Of a DNA stretch of 64,000 nucleotides, positions 44,718 to 54,666 are shown piece after piece. Positions within the stretch are counted from its first letter, which is position 1. Every line of letters begins with the position of its first letter. Position numbers and translations under genes: made by a program. Source of the DNA: an uncultured candidatus Porisulfidus sp. (GTDB taxonomy: Bacteria > Pseudomonadota > Gammaproteobacteria > Poriferisulfidales > Poriferisulfidaceae); NCBI GenBank assembly GCA_965116025.1, contig OZ220480.1:672001-736000 (forward strand). Direction: 5' to 3'. The notes below the pieces were generated by a model. It ran no database searches. It was not told the origin of the DNA and worked only from the letters and a program-made list of their open reading frames with translations.

Positions 44718-44722
44718 AGGAC

Positions 44723-46762
44723 ATGGAGCCGGCTAACCCCCTTCTGGAGGAGCGGCTCCTGCCTGGGTTCGGGCGGATTCTTCCCAAGCACGCGCTCCCG
44801 GCGATCCGGGCGATTCTGGCCGAGAACCGGAAGTTGATCCAGAGTCTGGATCTGGACGCCCAGAACGAGAAGTCGCTGCTGCTCCCCTTGGAGGCCACGG
44901 AATGCCGGCTGCAGGAGGCGTTCTCCCCGGTTCAGCACCTGCGCGCGGTGCGCGACAGCGCCGAATGGAGAGAGGCGCACCAGGAATGTTTAATAGAGAT
45001 AACGGAATATAATACAGAATTACTGCAAAATAAAGTATTATACGATCAATACAAAAAAATTAGAGAGGGCGACTCTTGGCTAGATTTGTCTGATGCTCGC
45101 CAGAGAGAGGTAACTCTCCAACTGAGAGACTATCGTTTGGGGGGCGTTCACCTGCCCGCGAACGAAAAGCGCCGCCTCGCCGAGATAGATCAGGAACTAG
45201 CCGCCTGCGGAGCCAGTTTCACGAACAACGTCACCGACGCGACCGGCGCGTGGTCGCTTTCGCTCGGCGAGGATTCCCGGCTGGAAGGCATGCCGGAATC
45301 CCGCCGGGAGACGCTTCGCGCGGATGCCGCCGCGCATGGGCAGGATGGCTGGAGGATCAGCCTTTTGCCTCCGAGCGTGGAGGCTGTTCTCTCCCACGCG
45401 AACGACCGGGAGCTCCGGCGCGAGGTGTACGAGGCCTACTCGACCCGCGCGTCGGACCAAGGGCCGCATGCCGGAAAATACGACAACACCGACTTGATCG
45501 AGCGAATTCTCCGCCTTCGCCACGAGCGGTCCCGATTGTTGGGTTTCGAGACGATCGCCGACCACGCGCTGGCCACGCGAATGGCCGAGAGTCCTTCCCA
45601 AGCGCTCGATTTCCTCAATGATCTGCGGGAACGGTCCCGAGAGCGGGCGCGAGAGGAGCTGAAAGAGCTCCGGGAGTTCGCCCGAGACGAGCTGGGACTG
45701 GCCGACATGCGTCGCTGGGACCTGGCTTGGACGCGGGAGCGCCTGCGCGCCCGTCGGCATGGCTTGCGCGACGAGGAGATCAGGAGCTACTTCCCGGCCG
45801 ACGCGACCATCCAAGGGATGCTGGACCTCGCGGCGGAGCTGTTCGAGTTAGAGATTTCCCGGCGCGACGATGTGGAGGTCTGGCATCCAGACGTCAGCTT
45901 CCACGAGATCCGCGACGCGAGCGGAGAGATTCTCGGACAGTTCTATCTCGATCCGTACGCCCGGCCCGACAAGCACGGGGGCGCCTGGATGGGGACGTGC
46001 GCGAGCCGCCGCATCGTCGAGGCGCGCGCGCGACCCGCGGTCGCCTATCTCACATGCAACGCTTCTCCGCCGACGGCCAGCGCGCCAGCCCTGCTCGGTC
46101 ACGACGACGTGGTCACCCTGTTTCATGAATTTGGCCATGGCCTGCACCATATGCTGACCCGGGTGGACTGCGCCGCGGTGTCTGGCATCGACGGCGTGGA
46201 GTGGGACGCGGTCGAGTGGCCCAGCCAGTGGATGGAGAACTGGTGCTGGGAACCGGAGATACTGAATCGTTTCGCGCGCCATCACGAGACCGGACGGTCT
46301 CTGCCGAAGGATTTGGCGAACCGGCTTCGCGAAAGCCGGACGTTTTGCGCGGGACTGGACTTGGCGCGCCAGTTGGAATTCGCGCTGTTCGATTTTCGTC
46401 TGCATTGGGAATACCGGCCCGAGCGCGGCGCGCGGGTCGAGGAGCTCCTCGCCGAGGTCCGTCGCGAGATCGGCGTGATGGAGACCCCTGAGTTCGTCCG
46501 GACCGCGCACAGCTTCGAGCATATCTTCTCCGGTGGCTACGCCGCGGGCTACTATAGCTACAAATGGGCGGAAGTCCTGTCCGGGGACACGTTCGCGGCG
46601 TTCCAGGAAGAGGGATTGCTCGACCGGGACGTCGCCCGGCGTTTCCGGGACCGCGTGCTGTCCGCTGGCGGAGTTCGGCCCGCGGCCGAGATGTTCCGGT
46701 CTTTCCGCGGACGTGACCCGAGTCCAGACGCGTTGTTGCGGCAGATGGGACTGGCGGCGTGA
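44723..46762 (+). CDS. prlC: Oligopeptidase A (M3 peptidase)
   Basis: K.GGAWM, TLFHEFGHGLHH, VEWDAVE.PSQ, HIF.GGYAAGYYSYKWAEVL. Confidence 0.95.
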   Translation: MEPANPLLEERLLPGFGRILPKHALPAIRAILAENRKLIQSLDLDAQNEKSLLLPLEATECRLQEAFSPVQHLRAVRDSAEWREAHQECLIEITEYNTELLQNKVLYDQYKKIREGDSWLDLSDARQREVTLQLRDYRLGGVHLPANEKRRLAEIDQELAACGASFTNNVTDATGAWSLSLGEDSRLEGMPESRRETLRADAAAHGQDGWRISLLPPSVEAVLSHANDRELRREVYEAYSTRASDQGPHAGKYDNTDLIERILRLRHERSRLLGFETIADHALATRMAESPSQALDFLNDLRERSRERAREELKELREFARDELGLADMRRWDLAWTRERLRARRHGLRDEEIRSYFPADATIQGMLDLAAELFELEISRRDDVEVWHPDVSFHEIRDASGEILGQFYLDPYARPDKHGGAWMGTCASRRIVEARARPAVAYLTCNASPPTASAPALLGHDDVVTLFHEFGHGLHHMLTRVDCAAVSGIDGVEWDAVEWPSQWMENWCWEPEILNRFARHHETGRSLPKDLANRLRESRTFCAGLDLARQLEFALFDFRLHWEYRPERGARVEELLAEVRREIGVMETPEFVRTAHSFEHIFSGGYAAGYYSYKWAEVLSGDTFAAFQEEGLLDRDVARRFRDRVLSAGGVRPAAEMFRSFRGRDPSPDALLRQMGLAA

Positions 46763-47523
46763 AGATCGCGACCTGGAACGTCAACTCGATCCGGGCGCGT
46801 CTGCCGCACGTGCTCGACTGGCTGCGCGAGAATCCCGTGGACGCGCTGTGCCTGCAGGAAACCAAGGTGGTGGACGAGAACTTCCCGCGAGAAGAGATTG
46901 AGAGCGCGGGATACCACGCGACGTTCGCTGGACAGAAAACCTACAACGGAGTCGCCGTCCTGACGAGGCGCCCCGTCGCGGAATCGTTCTCCGATATTCC
47001 CGGACTGGACGATCCGGACCGCAGGATCTTGGGCGCGACCGTCGAGGACTGGAGAATCCTGAACCTGTACGTGGTGAATGGGAAGGAGGTCGGCGACCCC
47101 AAGTACGACCACAAGCTTCATTGGTTGCGAAAAGTGCGGGAGTTCGTCGCGCGGGACCGGCGGGAGAGCGACCGGTATCTCGTCTTGGGGGATTTCAACG
47201 TCGCCCCCGCGGACGCGGACGTGCACGACCCGGACCTTTGGCGGGAGCGCATCCTCTGCTCGACTCCAGAGCGGGCGGCGCTGGAGGAGATCTTGGAGAC
47301 GGGCTTCGAGGATTGCTTCCGGCTCTTCGAGCAGGAGCCGGAATCGTTCAGTTGGTGGGATTATCGCCAAGGAGCGTTTCGCCGCAACCGGGGCCTGCGC
47401 ATCGATCTCATTCTCGCCAGTCCGGCGGCCGCGGAGCGTTGCGCGGCTTGCCATATCGACAAGAGTCCGCGCCGTCGGGAGCGGCCCTCGGACCACGCCC
47501 CGGTGGTGGCGGAATTCCGGTAG
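46759..47523 (+). CDS. xth: Exodeoxyribonuclease III
   Basis: ATWNVNSIR, LQETK, GDFNVAP, GLRIDL, SDHAPV. Confidence 0.95.
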   Translation: MKIATWNVNSIRARLPHVLDWLRENPVDALCLQETKVVDENFPREEIESAGYHATFAGQKTYNGVAVLTRRPVAESFSDIPGLDDPDRRILGATVEDWRILNLYVVNGKEVGDPKYDHKLHWLRKVREFVARDRRESDRYLVLGDFNVAPADADVHDPDLWRERILCSTPERAALEEILETGFEDCFRLFEQEPESFSWWDYRQGAFRRNRGLRIDLILASPAAAERCAACHIDKSPRRRERPSDHAPVVAEFR

Positions 47524-47537
47524 GTCGGGCCTCGGCC

Positions 47538-48284
47538 TTACTCGAGAACCGAGCAACCGTCCCGGTTGCAGCGGAACACGACGTTCCGAATTCCGGTCAA
47601 GCAGTCGACCTCGTACAGATCCTCGTCGCCGCCGGATTTCAGCAACGACATCTTGCTTCGCTTCAGGCAACCGGCGCCGACCAAGGACTCTTGGGCCTGC
47701 GCGTAGAACTGCCCGCGGCGGTATTCCTTCTCCAGGGAAATCTCTGAAAGCGCGGCGCCATCCGGGTTTTCCGGTGCCGTGGCGTGGCGCGGCAGCTCTG
47801 GCTCTTCGTACGCCTCGACCTCGACGATCCCTTCGTTCAAAGCGCGCTTGTGCTTGCGCAGGAACTCGTTGATCTTGTACACCTGCTCGACGGCCGTGTC
47901 CCGGCAGACGTCGATGTCGGAGCAGAACGCCTCCACCTGGATGGTGGCGATGCCGCCCTCATGCGGGATTCTCCTGATCCGGTACTGAAACTCCTCGCGG
48001 TTCTGGTCCGGCTCCGGGCTGAACGCGGTCAGAGTGAGCTCGTCCTTTTGGTCGACGGAAAACCGGGCGTTCAGTTCCAGCCATTCCCTGGCCTGTCGCC
48101 ATAGATACTCGCATTCCTGACCGAGGTTGCAGGAAACGAAATCCTTCGCGCCCGCGTCGACCTGATTGTCGCCGGTGTCCTCGCCAATGCCGAAGTCGAT
48201 CGCCGAAAGATCGATATCCTCAAGGCCTGAGCTGCAACCGCCGATTAGGCCGAAAGAGAGAAACAGGGGAAGAAGTCGCCGCAT
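47538..48284 (-). CDS. Hypothetical lipoprotein
   Basis: MRRLLPLFLSFGLIGGC lipobox-type signal; acidic, Cys-rich mature part. Confidence 0.7.
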   Translation of the reverse strand: MRRLLPLFLSFGLIGGCSSGLEDIDLSAIDFGIGEDTGDNQVDAGAKDFVSCNLGQECEYLWRQAREWLELNARFSVDQKDELTLTAFSPEPDQNREEFQYRIRRIPHEGGIATIQVEAFCSDIDVCRDTAVEQVYKINEFLRKHKRALNEGIVEVEAYEEPELPRHATAPENPDGAALSEISLEKEYRRGQFYAQAQESLVGAGCLKRSKMSLLKSGGDEDLYEVDCLTGIRNVVFRCNRDGCSVLE

Positions 48285-48391
48285 GGGATAAGGTCCAGAT
48301 GGTGGGGAAGCGCCGGGCGATAATTTTGCCCGAAAAGCGGCGCGCGGGCAAATCGGCAGGGGAAATCCGCTACCCCGCGCGGCGTTGCGAA

Positions 48392-49906
48392 TCAGGATAG
48401 CAGCAAGCTCTCCATGGGCATTTCCGCCGGACGCTCCAGGCCCATCAGGTCGAGGACGGTTGGCGCGACGTTCGCGAGGCCGCCGCCGTCGCGCAGCCGG
48501 CGCTCGGTTCGGTCCACTACCGCGCACGGGACCGGATGCGTCGTGTGCTGGGTGTGGGGCCGCCCGTCCGCGTCGACCATCTCGTCGCAATTTCCGTGGT
48601 CAGCAGTAAGCAACAACGCCATTTCCCGCTCTCTCGCCACGTCGACGATCCGGCCGACTTGGAGGTCCAGCGTCTCGAGAGCCTGAATGATCGCGTCTTC
48701 CCGCGCCGTGTGCCCGACCATGTCGGCGTTGGCGAAGTTGACCAGGATGAATCCGTAACGGTCGTCGCGGATACCGTCGATCACCGCGTCGGCGACCGCC
48801 TCCGCGCTCATCTCCGGACTTTGGTCGTAGGTCTCGACATCCGGAGAGGGCAGCATCACGCGCCGCTCGCCCGGCCAGGGATCCTCGCGGCCCCCGTTGA
48901 AGAAGAACGTGACGTGGGGGTATTTCTCGGTCTCCGCGCAACGCAGTTGCGGGATGCCGTGCGCGCTGACGACCTCGGCCAAGGTCGTGGCGGGCCGGAC
49001 CTCCTCGAACGCGATCGGCACCGTGGGGCCGAGACCGAAATCGGTCATCGTCACCATGTTCACCGGATGATGCTCTCCGCGGTCGAATTCCTGAAAATCG
49101 GGATCGACCAGGCTCTCCGCCAGTTGCCGCGGACGGTCGTTGCGGAAATTGAAGAACACGATGAGATCGCCTCGCGCCGGGGGCGTGGCCCCTCCGCAGA
49201 CCGTGGGGCAGATGAACTCGTCGCCGAGATCTTTCTCGTAGGCCTGGAGGATAGCCGCCTCCGCGTTCGGAGCGGTCTTTCCTCTGCCGCGCGCGATGGC
49301 GTCGAACGCGAGCTTGGTGCGGGACCAGCGACGGTCGCGGTCCATCGCGTAATGCCGGCCGCACACGGTGTCGATGGCGCCGCCTTCCTCCCCAAGCGCG
49401 TCGGCTAGGGCGGGGAGGTAGTCCAAGGCGCTTCGAGGCGGGACGTCTCGTCCATCGGTGATCATGTGGACGCGCGGCTGGAAACCCTCGCGGCGCGCGA
49501 ACTCGATCAGCGCCAGGAGGTGACGGATATGGGAGTGCACGCCTCCGTCGGATGCCAGGCCGAGCAGGTGCAGCCGCCCGCCGACCAGTTTGGTGAAGTG
49601 GAAATTCAATCGAAGAATGTCGTTTTCGAGGAAAGATCCGTCTTGGACGCTCTGATCGATTCGAACGAGATCCTGTAGAAGGACGTTCCCGCATCCCATG
49701 ATCATGTGTCCAACTTCGGAGTTGCCCATCTGTCCGTCCGGCAGGCCGACCGCCACTCCGCTGGCCTGTAGCTCGGTGAACGAGGGTCCGGAGAACAGGG
49801 CGTCCAGCCGTGGGGTGCGGGCCTTCGCCAGGGCGTTGTTTCGGGGGTCCGGATTGAGGCCGACCCCGTCCAGAATGACCAAGATGGCGGGGTGGCACTG
49901 GTCCAT
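48392..49906 (-). CDS. gpmI: 2,3-BPG-independent phosphoglycerate mutase
   Basis: ILDG.G, GQMGNSEVGH, SDGGVHSH, AETEKYPHVTFF, NADMVGH, TADHGN. Confidence 0.97.
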   Translation of the reverse strand: MDQCHPAILVILDGVGLNPDPRNNALAKARTPRLDALFSGPSFTELQASGVAVGLPDGQMGNSEVGHMIMGCGNVLLQDLVRIDQSVQDGSFLENDILRLNFHFTKLVGGRLHLLGLASDGGVHSHIRHLLALIEFARREGFQPRVHMITDGRDVPPRSALDYLPALADALGEEGGAIDTVCGRHYAMDRDRRWSRTKLAFDAIARGRGKTAPNAEAAILQAYEKDLGDEFICPTVCGGATPPARGDLIVFFNFRNDRPRQLAESLVDPDFQEFDRGEHHPVNMVTMTDFGLGPTVPIAFEEVRPATTLAEVVSAHGIPQLRCAETEKYPHVTFFFNGGREDPWPGERRVMLPSPDVETYDQSPEMSAEAVADAVIDGIRDDRYGFILVNFANADMVGHTAREDAIIQALETLDLQVGRIVDVAREREMALLLTADHGNCDEMVDADGRPHTQHTTHPVPCAVVDRTERRLRDGGGLANVAPTVLDLMGLERPAEMPMESLLLS

Positions 49907-50148
49907 TGAAATATTATCGCATGATGCCGCTTGGCGCGCGCGGCCGATGCTGGCGGCGATGCATTATGATGGCGGTGCCCGACCACGCCGCTGGCGTGAC
50001 CCGCGATGACCAGTTGCCTTCGAAAGACCAAGGCGTTTCGCCTCCGCCAACCTCCCTCACGTTTGATGGCCCGCCAAGAAGTCGGCGGGCGACCGCGCGA
50101 GCCTCGGCAGGTTGACGATGCACGTTTCAGCGGGGAGGCGTCGTAGCC

Positions 50149-52971
50149 ATGCGCTTATCCTGGAACGAGGTTCGCGTTCGCGCCGCCGATTTCGCCAAGG
50201 ACTGGAGCGACGCGTCCTACGAGAAGGGCGACGCGCAAAGCTTTTACAACGCTTTCTTCGGCGTGTTCGGTGTGCGGCGGCGGAGCGTCGCGCGCTATGA
50301 GGAGCATGTCGCGAAGCTGGGCGACCGCTGGGGCTTCATCGACCTGTTCTGGCCGGGCGTGCTGATCGTCGAGCAGAAGAGCGTCGGGCGCGACCTGAAA
50401 GCGGCCTACGAGCAGGCCGGCGAGTATTTCGATGCCCTGCCCGAGCATGAGCGTCCGCGCTACATTCTGGTCAGCGACTTCCAGACCTTCGAGCTTCACG
50501 ATCTGGACGAGGGAGAGGAGACCGCGTTCCGGCTGGCCGAGTTTCCCGACCACGTCGAGGCGTTCGGGTTCATGCTCGGCGTTCAGCGCCGGACGTTCCG
50601 CGATCAGGACCCGGCCAACATCAAGGCGGCCGAGCTGGTCGGGCGACTGCACGACGCGCTGGCCGACGCCGGACACGGGGGACATGATCTGGAACGGTTT
50701 CTCGTGCGGATCGCGTTCTGCCTGTTCGCTGACGATACCGGGGTTTTCGAGCCGCGCGGCATCTTTCTTGAGTTCATCGAGACGCGCACGAGCGGGAGCG
50801 GGGCTGATCTCGGCCCTTGGCTCGCGCATTTGTTTCAAGTGCTCAACACGAAGGAAAGCGAGCGGGTGGCGACGCTGGACGAGGATTTGGCGCGGTTCGC
50901 TTGGGTCGACGGAGATCTGTTCAAAGACCGCTTGCGGATATTCTCCTTCAACGCGGCGATGCGCGAGACGTTGCTGGAAGCCTGTCGCTTCGACTGGTCG
51001 AACATCTCCCCCGCGATTTTCGGATCGCTGTTCCAGTCGGTGATGGCGCCGGCCGAGCGCCGGGCGCAGGGGGCGCACTACACGACCGAAAAGAACATTC
51101 TCAAGGTGATCGAGCCGTTGTTCCTGGACGACCTGCGAGCGGAGTTCGAGCGACTGCGCGCGCGGCGCGGCCGGGGACGCTTGGCCGCGCTCCGAGGATT
51201 CAAGGCGAAGCTCGGCAAGCTGAGGTTCCTTGACCCGGCCTGCGGCTGCGGCAACTTTCTCATCATCGCCTACCGAGAGTTGCGGTCGCTCGAGATGGAA
51301 GTGCTGAAGGAGCTCCATCCGCGAAACTTTCAGGGGACGAGACAGTCCGTGCTGTTGCCGGGAGACGTTTCCGTCATTGACGTGGACCAGTTCTACGGGA
51401 TCGAGATCGGCGAGTTCCCGGCTCGCATCGCGGAGACGGCGTTGTGGATGATGGATCACATCATGAACAACAGGCTGAGTTTGGAGGCTGGCCAGATCTT
51501 CACTCGAATCCCGCTCAAGAAGTCTCCGCATATCGTCCATGGCGACGCGCTGGAAATGAATTGGGCGGAACTGTTGCCGCCGGGCGAATGCTCTTTCGTG
51601 CTGGGCAATCCGCCGTTCGTGGGGGCGAAGTATCAGACGGTCGAACAACGCGCGCAGATGCGCCAGATCGCCGCGCTGGGCGGAAACGGTGGCACGCTCG
51701 ATTACGTTTGCGCTTGGTTCATCAAGGCGAAAGAGTACGTGAAGGGCGCCACCCGGATCGGGTTCGTCGCTACCAACTCGATCACGCAAGGCGAGCAGGT
51801 CGCGCAACTCTGGCCCGTTCTGTTCGGTCGTTCCGGGCTTGAGATCGCGTTCGCGCATCGGAGTTTCGCTTGGGGCTCGGACGCGCGCGGCAAGGCGCAT
51901 GTGCATGTCATCATTCTGGGGCTTGGTTGGCAGAGGGTCGCGCCAGCGGAAAAACGCCTTTTCCACTATTCCGATATCAATGGCGAGCCGGAAGAAAGCC
52001 GCCATGCCGCGCTCTCGCCCTATCTGTTCGATGCCAGCGGCTTGGCCAACCCGCATCTGACGGTGTGGGAAGAGAGCAAGCCGATCAACGGGATGAGCAA
52101 GATGATTATCGGGTCCAAGCCCATTGACGGAGGCCGCTACATCTTCGACGAGGCGGAACGCGCCGCGTTTTTGGACGCGGAGCCCGAGGCCAAGCCTTGG
52201 CTTCGCCCATTCATTGGAGCGAAGGAATTTCTGAATGGAGAGAAGCGCTGGATTCTGGCGTTGCATAACGCGCCGCCCGAAGCGCTGGCGCGACTGCCGC
52301 ATGTGCGAGAGCGGATCGCCGCCGTCCAAGCCTATCGAGAGTCCAGCGAGAGCGAGCCGACCCGGAGTCTCGCCGAAACGCCCACGCTTTACCATGTCAA
52401 TGTTCTGCCATCCGCGCCTTTTCTGGTGATCCCGGAAGTTAGCTCCGAACGCCGACGATACGTGCCGATCGGATGGCTGGAGCCACCGGTAGTCCCGAGC
52501 AACCTCGTTCGGGTGTTGCCAGATGCCACCCTGGTGGATTTCGCGTTATTGACCTCGGCTATGCATATGGCGTGGCTACGTCATATTGGCGGGCGGCTGG
52601 GGAGCGGGTATCGGTACTCCATCGGCATCGTCTACAACACCTTTCCGACCCCGCCCAAGAGCGCGGACTTGTCGAAACTGGAACCGTCCGCCCAAGCTGT
52701 GCTTGATGCCCGCGCCGTGCATCCGGATGCGACGCTGACCGATCTCTACGACCCGATTTCGATGCCACCGAACCTTCGTAAGGCGCATCAGGCGCTCGAC
52801 CGCGCCGTGGATCGTCTTTACCGTCGCGCCAAATTCTCCTCCGATAGAGACCGTGTCGAATGGTTGCTGACGCTGTACGAGAGGATGCGCGCGCCATTGG
52901 AAGCCGAGGCGCGCGGCGTGCCGAAGCGGCGACGGAGAGCTCGGTCCTTGCCAGAAGCGGGAAAGTCGTGA
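50149..52971 (+). CDS. MmeI-like type IIL restriction-modification enzyme (fused REase-m6A MTase)
   Basis: FIDLFWPG..VEQKS nuclease, GAHYT, FLDPACGCGNF, GNPPF, ATNSITQGEQ, YNTFP, HQALDRAVD. Confidence 0.92.
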   Translation: MRLSWNEVRVRAADFAKDWSDASYEKGDAQSFYNAFFGVFGVRRRSVARYEEHVAKLGDRWGFIDLFWPGVLIVEQKSVGRDLKAAYEQAGEYFDALPEHERPRYILVSDFQTFELHDLDEGEETAFRLAEFPDHVEAFGFMLGVQRRTFRDQDPANIKAAELVGRLHDALADAGHGGHDLERFLVRIAFCLFADDTGVFEPRGIFLEFIETRTSGSGADLGPWLAHLFQVLNTKESERVATLDEDLARFAWVDGDLFKDRLRIFSFNAAMRETLLEACRFDWSNISPAIFGSLFQSVMAPAERRAQGAHYTTEKNILKVIEPLFLDDLRAEFERLRARRGRGRLAALRGFKAKLGKLRFLDPACGCGNFLIIAYRELRSLEMEVLKELHPRNFQGTRQSVLLPGDVSVIDVDQFYGIEIGEFPARIAETALWMMDHIMNNRLSLEAGQIFTRIPLKKSPHIVHGDALEMNWAELLPPGECSFVLGNPPFVGAKYQTVEQRAQMRQIAALGGNGGTLDYVCAWFIKAKEYVKGATRIGFVATNSITQGEQVAQLWPVLFGRSGLEIAFAHRSFAWGSDARGKAHVHVIILGLGWQRVAPAEKRLFHYSDINGEPEESRHAALSPYLFDASGLANPHLTVWEESKPINGMSKMIIGSKPIDGGRYIFDEAERAAFLDAEPEAKPWLRPFIGAKEFLNGEKRWILALHNAPPEALARLPHVRERIAAVQAYRESSESEPTRSLAETPTLYHVNVLPSAPFLVIPEVSSERRRYVPIGWLEPPVVPSNLVRVLPDATLVDFALLTSAMHMAWLRHIGGRLGSGYRYSIGIVYNTFPTPPKSADLSKLEPSAQAVLDARAVHPDATLTDLYDPISMPPNLRKAHQALDRAVDRLYRRAKFSSDRDRVEWLLTLYERMRAPLEAEARGVPKRRRRARSLPEAGKS

Positions 52972-53194
52972 CGACAGTCTGATATCAGCTCGCCACTCGT
53001 GTTGTCGCGCTCGCGGCCCCGGGTTTCGCGCCTCACCCCAGAAATCCAGCCCTCGAGGCACCTCCGCGCCACTTCCGGCGGCAGGCTGGCTGCCACTCTT
53101 CCCCGCGGAACGCCCGTCGGCGCGACGGACGCCCCCAAATCATGCGAAAATCCTTCGGGCGGAGGTTTTCTGCCAAGCACTACAATAGGATCGC

Positions 53195-53350
53195 GCGCCG
53201 GCACCGTACAGTCAACCATTCAGCGAAAGAGTCTGGTGAACGATATGGCACATACCAACGGCATCAAAAGCGCATGGGCGGTTATGCAGGATAGGCTGGA
53301 CGACCTATTCCGGGCCATGACCGGCGAGACGAGTACTTATAGAATTCACG
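53195..53350 (+). mobile_element. IS1595-family transposase relic
   Basis: VNDMAHTNGIKSAWAVM|QDRLDDLFRAMTG resembles the IS1595 HTNGIESFW motif joined to the extreme C-terminus. Confidence 0.55.
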
Positions 53351-53366
53351 TCATAGGAGATCGGAA

Positions 53367-54110
53367 ATGAGCAACATGCGCATTGAGGGTGCACGATCAG
53401 GCTACGCGATTTATAACGCAAAAGCGGAAAGAAAAACCAAGATAAACACGCTGGAGCAGTTTTACCCGCCACTCCCTGACAAGAAATTCTCAATTTTGTA
53501 TGCTGACCCACCGTGGCATTACAACGGCAAATTACAGTATGACCTTACCGCCACACTAGCTAAGAATGATGGGTGGAAAAAGGATGTCTTTGTCAGCGCG
53601 GCATCATTCAAGTATCCGACCATCAAGATGCGTGAACTCAAGAAGCTCGCTGTCGAATCGATCGCGGAGGATGATAGTCTACTTTTTATGTGGACAACCA
53701 ACCCTCACCTGCAACAAGCAATTGAACTAGGTGCTTCTTGGGGGTTTGAATACAAGACCGTAGCCTTCGTATGGAACAAGATGGCACACAACCCTGGACA
53801 ATACACGCTATCCTATTGCGAACTATGTCTGCTTTTTAAAAGAGGAAAAATCCCTCAACCAAGAGGGGCCCGTAACATCAAGCAACTAATTAGCTGCCAT
53901 CGGAAAAAGCATAGCGAAAAACCGGGTGAAGTGGCAGAAAACATTGAAAAGATGTTCCCTACCCAAACCAAGGTTGAATTGTTTGCCAGAACCAGGAAAG
54001 ACGGTTGGTATCCGTGGGGTCTTGAGGCCATCAAAGGGGAAGTGGCAACTAGCGCAGAAGATGCTTCAACTTCTTCTCAAAGTGTTCTAGTAATGGGCGC
54101 GGGTCTTTAG
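53367..54110 (+). CDS. MT-A70 family adenine methyltransferase (M.MunI-like)
   Basis: ILYADPPW, LFMWTT.P, WGFEYKT..FVW.K, ELCLL, HSEKP, ELFAR. Confidence 0.9.
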   Translation: MSNMRIEGARSGYAIYNAKAERKTKINTLEQFYPPLPDKKFSILYADPPWHYNGKLQYDLTATLAKNDGWKKDVFVSAASFKYPTIKMRELKKLAVESIAEDDSLLFMWTTNPHLQQAIELGASWGFEYKTVAFVWNKMAHNPGQYTLSYCELCLLFKRGKIPQPRGARNIKQLISCHRKKHSEKPGEVAENIEKMFPTQTKVELFARTRKDGWYPWGLEAIKGEVATSAEDASTSSQSVLVMGAGL

Positions 54111-54648
54111 TGTTCCGCCAGAAGAAATAATGATGAGGGAACTCATCGAACCAAAAAGCGATTTCTCTGACCCTGCACGGATCTCTGGTGATGTTTCCCT
54201 GAAATACGGTCCAGAATGGCAAATCAGGTTCCTTGATACCGCTTTTCCTTCGGAGAATCTTCAACAGTCCAGGTGTGAAGTATTTACAGCATCGTTCATG
54301 CGCATTTCCTCTTCCTGCGCTTCTAGGTTTTCCCTCAACCCATCCGTCTTGCCGCTTTACTTCGACATAAAGGATTTTGCCAGTCTTGATATTGGTGATT
54401 TTGTAGTCAGGCGTTATGCCATGTTTCTTGATAGGCTCGTCAGGAATATAGATTTCGGAAAGCGTATCATCGGATAGAAAAACATCGACATAAATCTGCC
54501 TCAATTCTTTTGGTCTTGGCGTGACCGTGTAAGAGGTCCCATCAAAGAGTTTCTGGAATGCGCTGTAGAAAGAATGTTCAGCATCGGTGGCTTTCGTGCC
54601 ACCAACACCTTGCCAAGCATCTCTTTCACTTAATTTGTTCTTACCCAT
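54049..54648 (-). CDS. Type II restriction endonuclease, MunI-like (CAATTG predicted)
   Basis: PD...EVKRQDGWVEGK.RSAGRGNAHER.CK.FTPGLLK and PFW.VF.G.ITRDP.RVREI.FW match my recollection of R.MunI; convergent with the MT-A70 MTase. Confidence 0.85.
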   Translation of the reverse strand: MGKNKLSERDAWQGVGGTKATDAEHSFYSAFQKLFDGTSYTVTPRPKELRQIYVDVFLSDDTLSEIYIPDEPIKKHGITPDYKITNIKTGKILYVEVKRQDGWVEGKPRSAGRGNAHERCCKYFTPGLLKILRRKSGIKEPDLPFWTVFQGNITRDPCRVREIAFWFDEFPHHYFFWRNTKDPRPLLEHFEKKLKHLLR

Positions 54649-54666
54649 ACCCGCTATTTCCCAAAA

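Noticed and set aside
45008-45042. dif or Xer site interpretation of the prlC inverted repeat
   Set aside because: Does not fit the 11-6-11 dif layout or the TTATGTTAAAT XerD arm, and lies near the origin.
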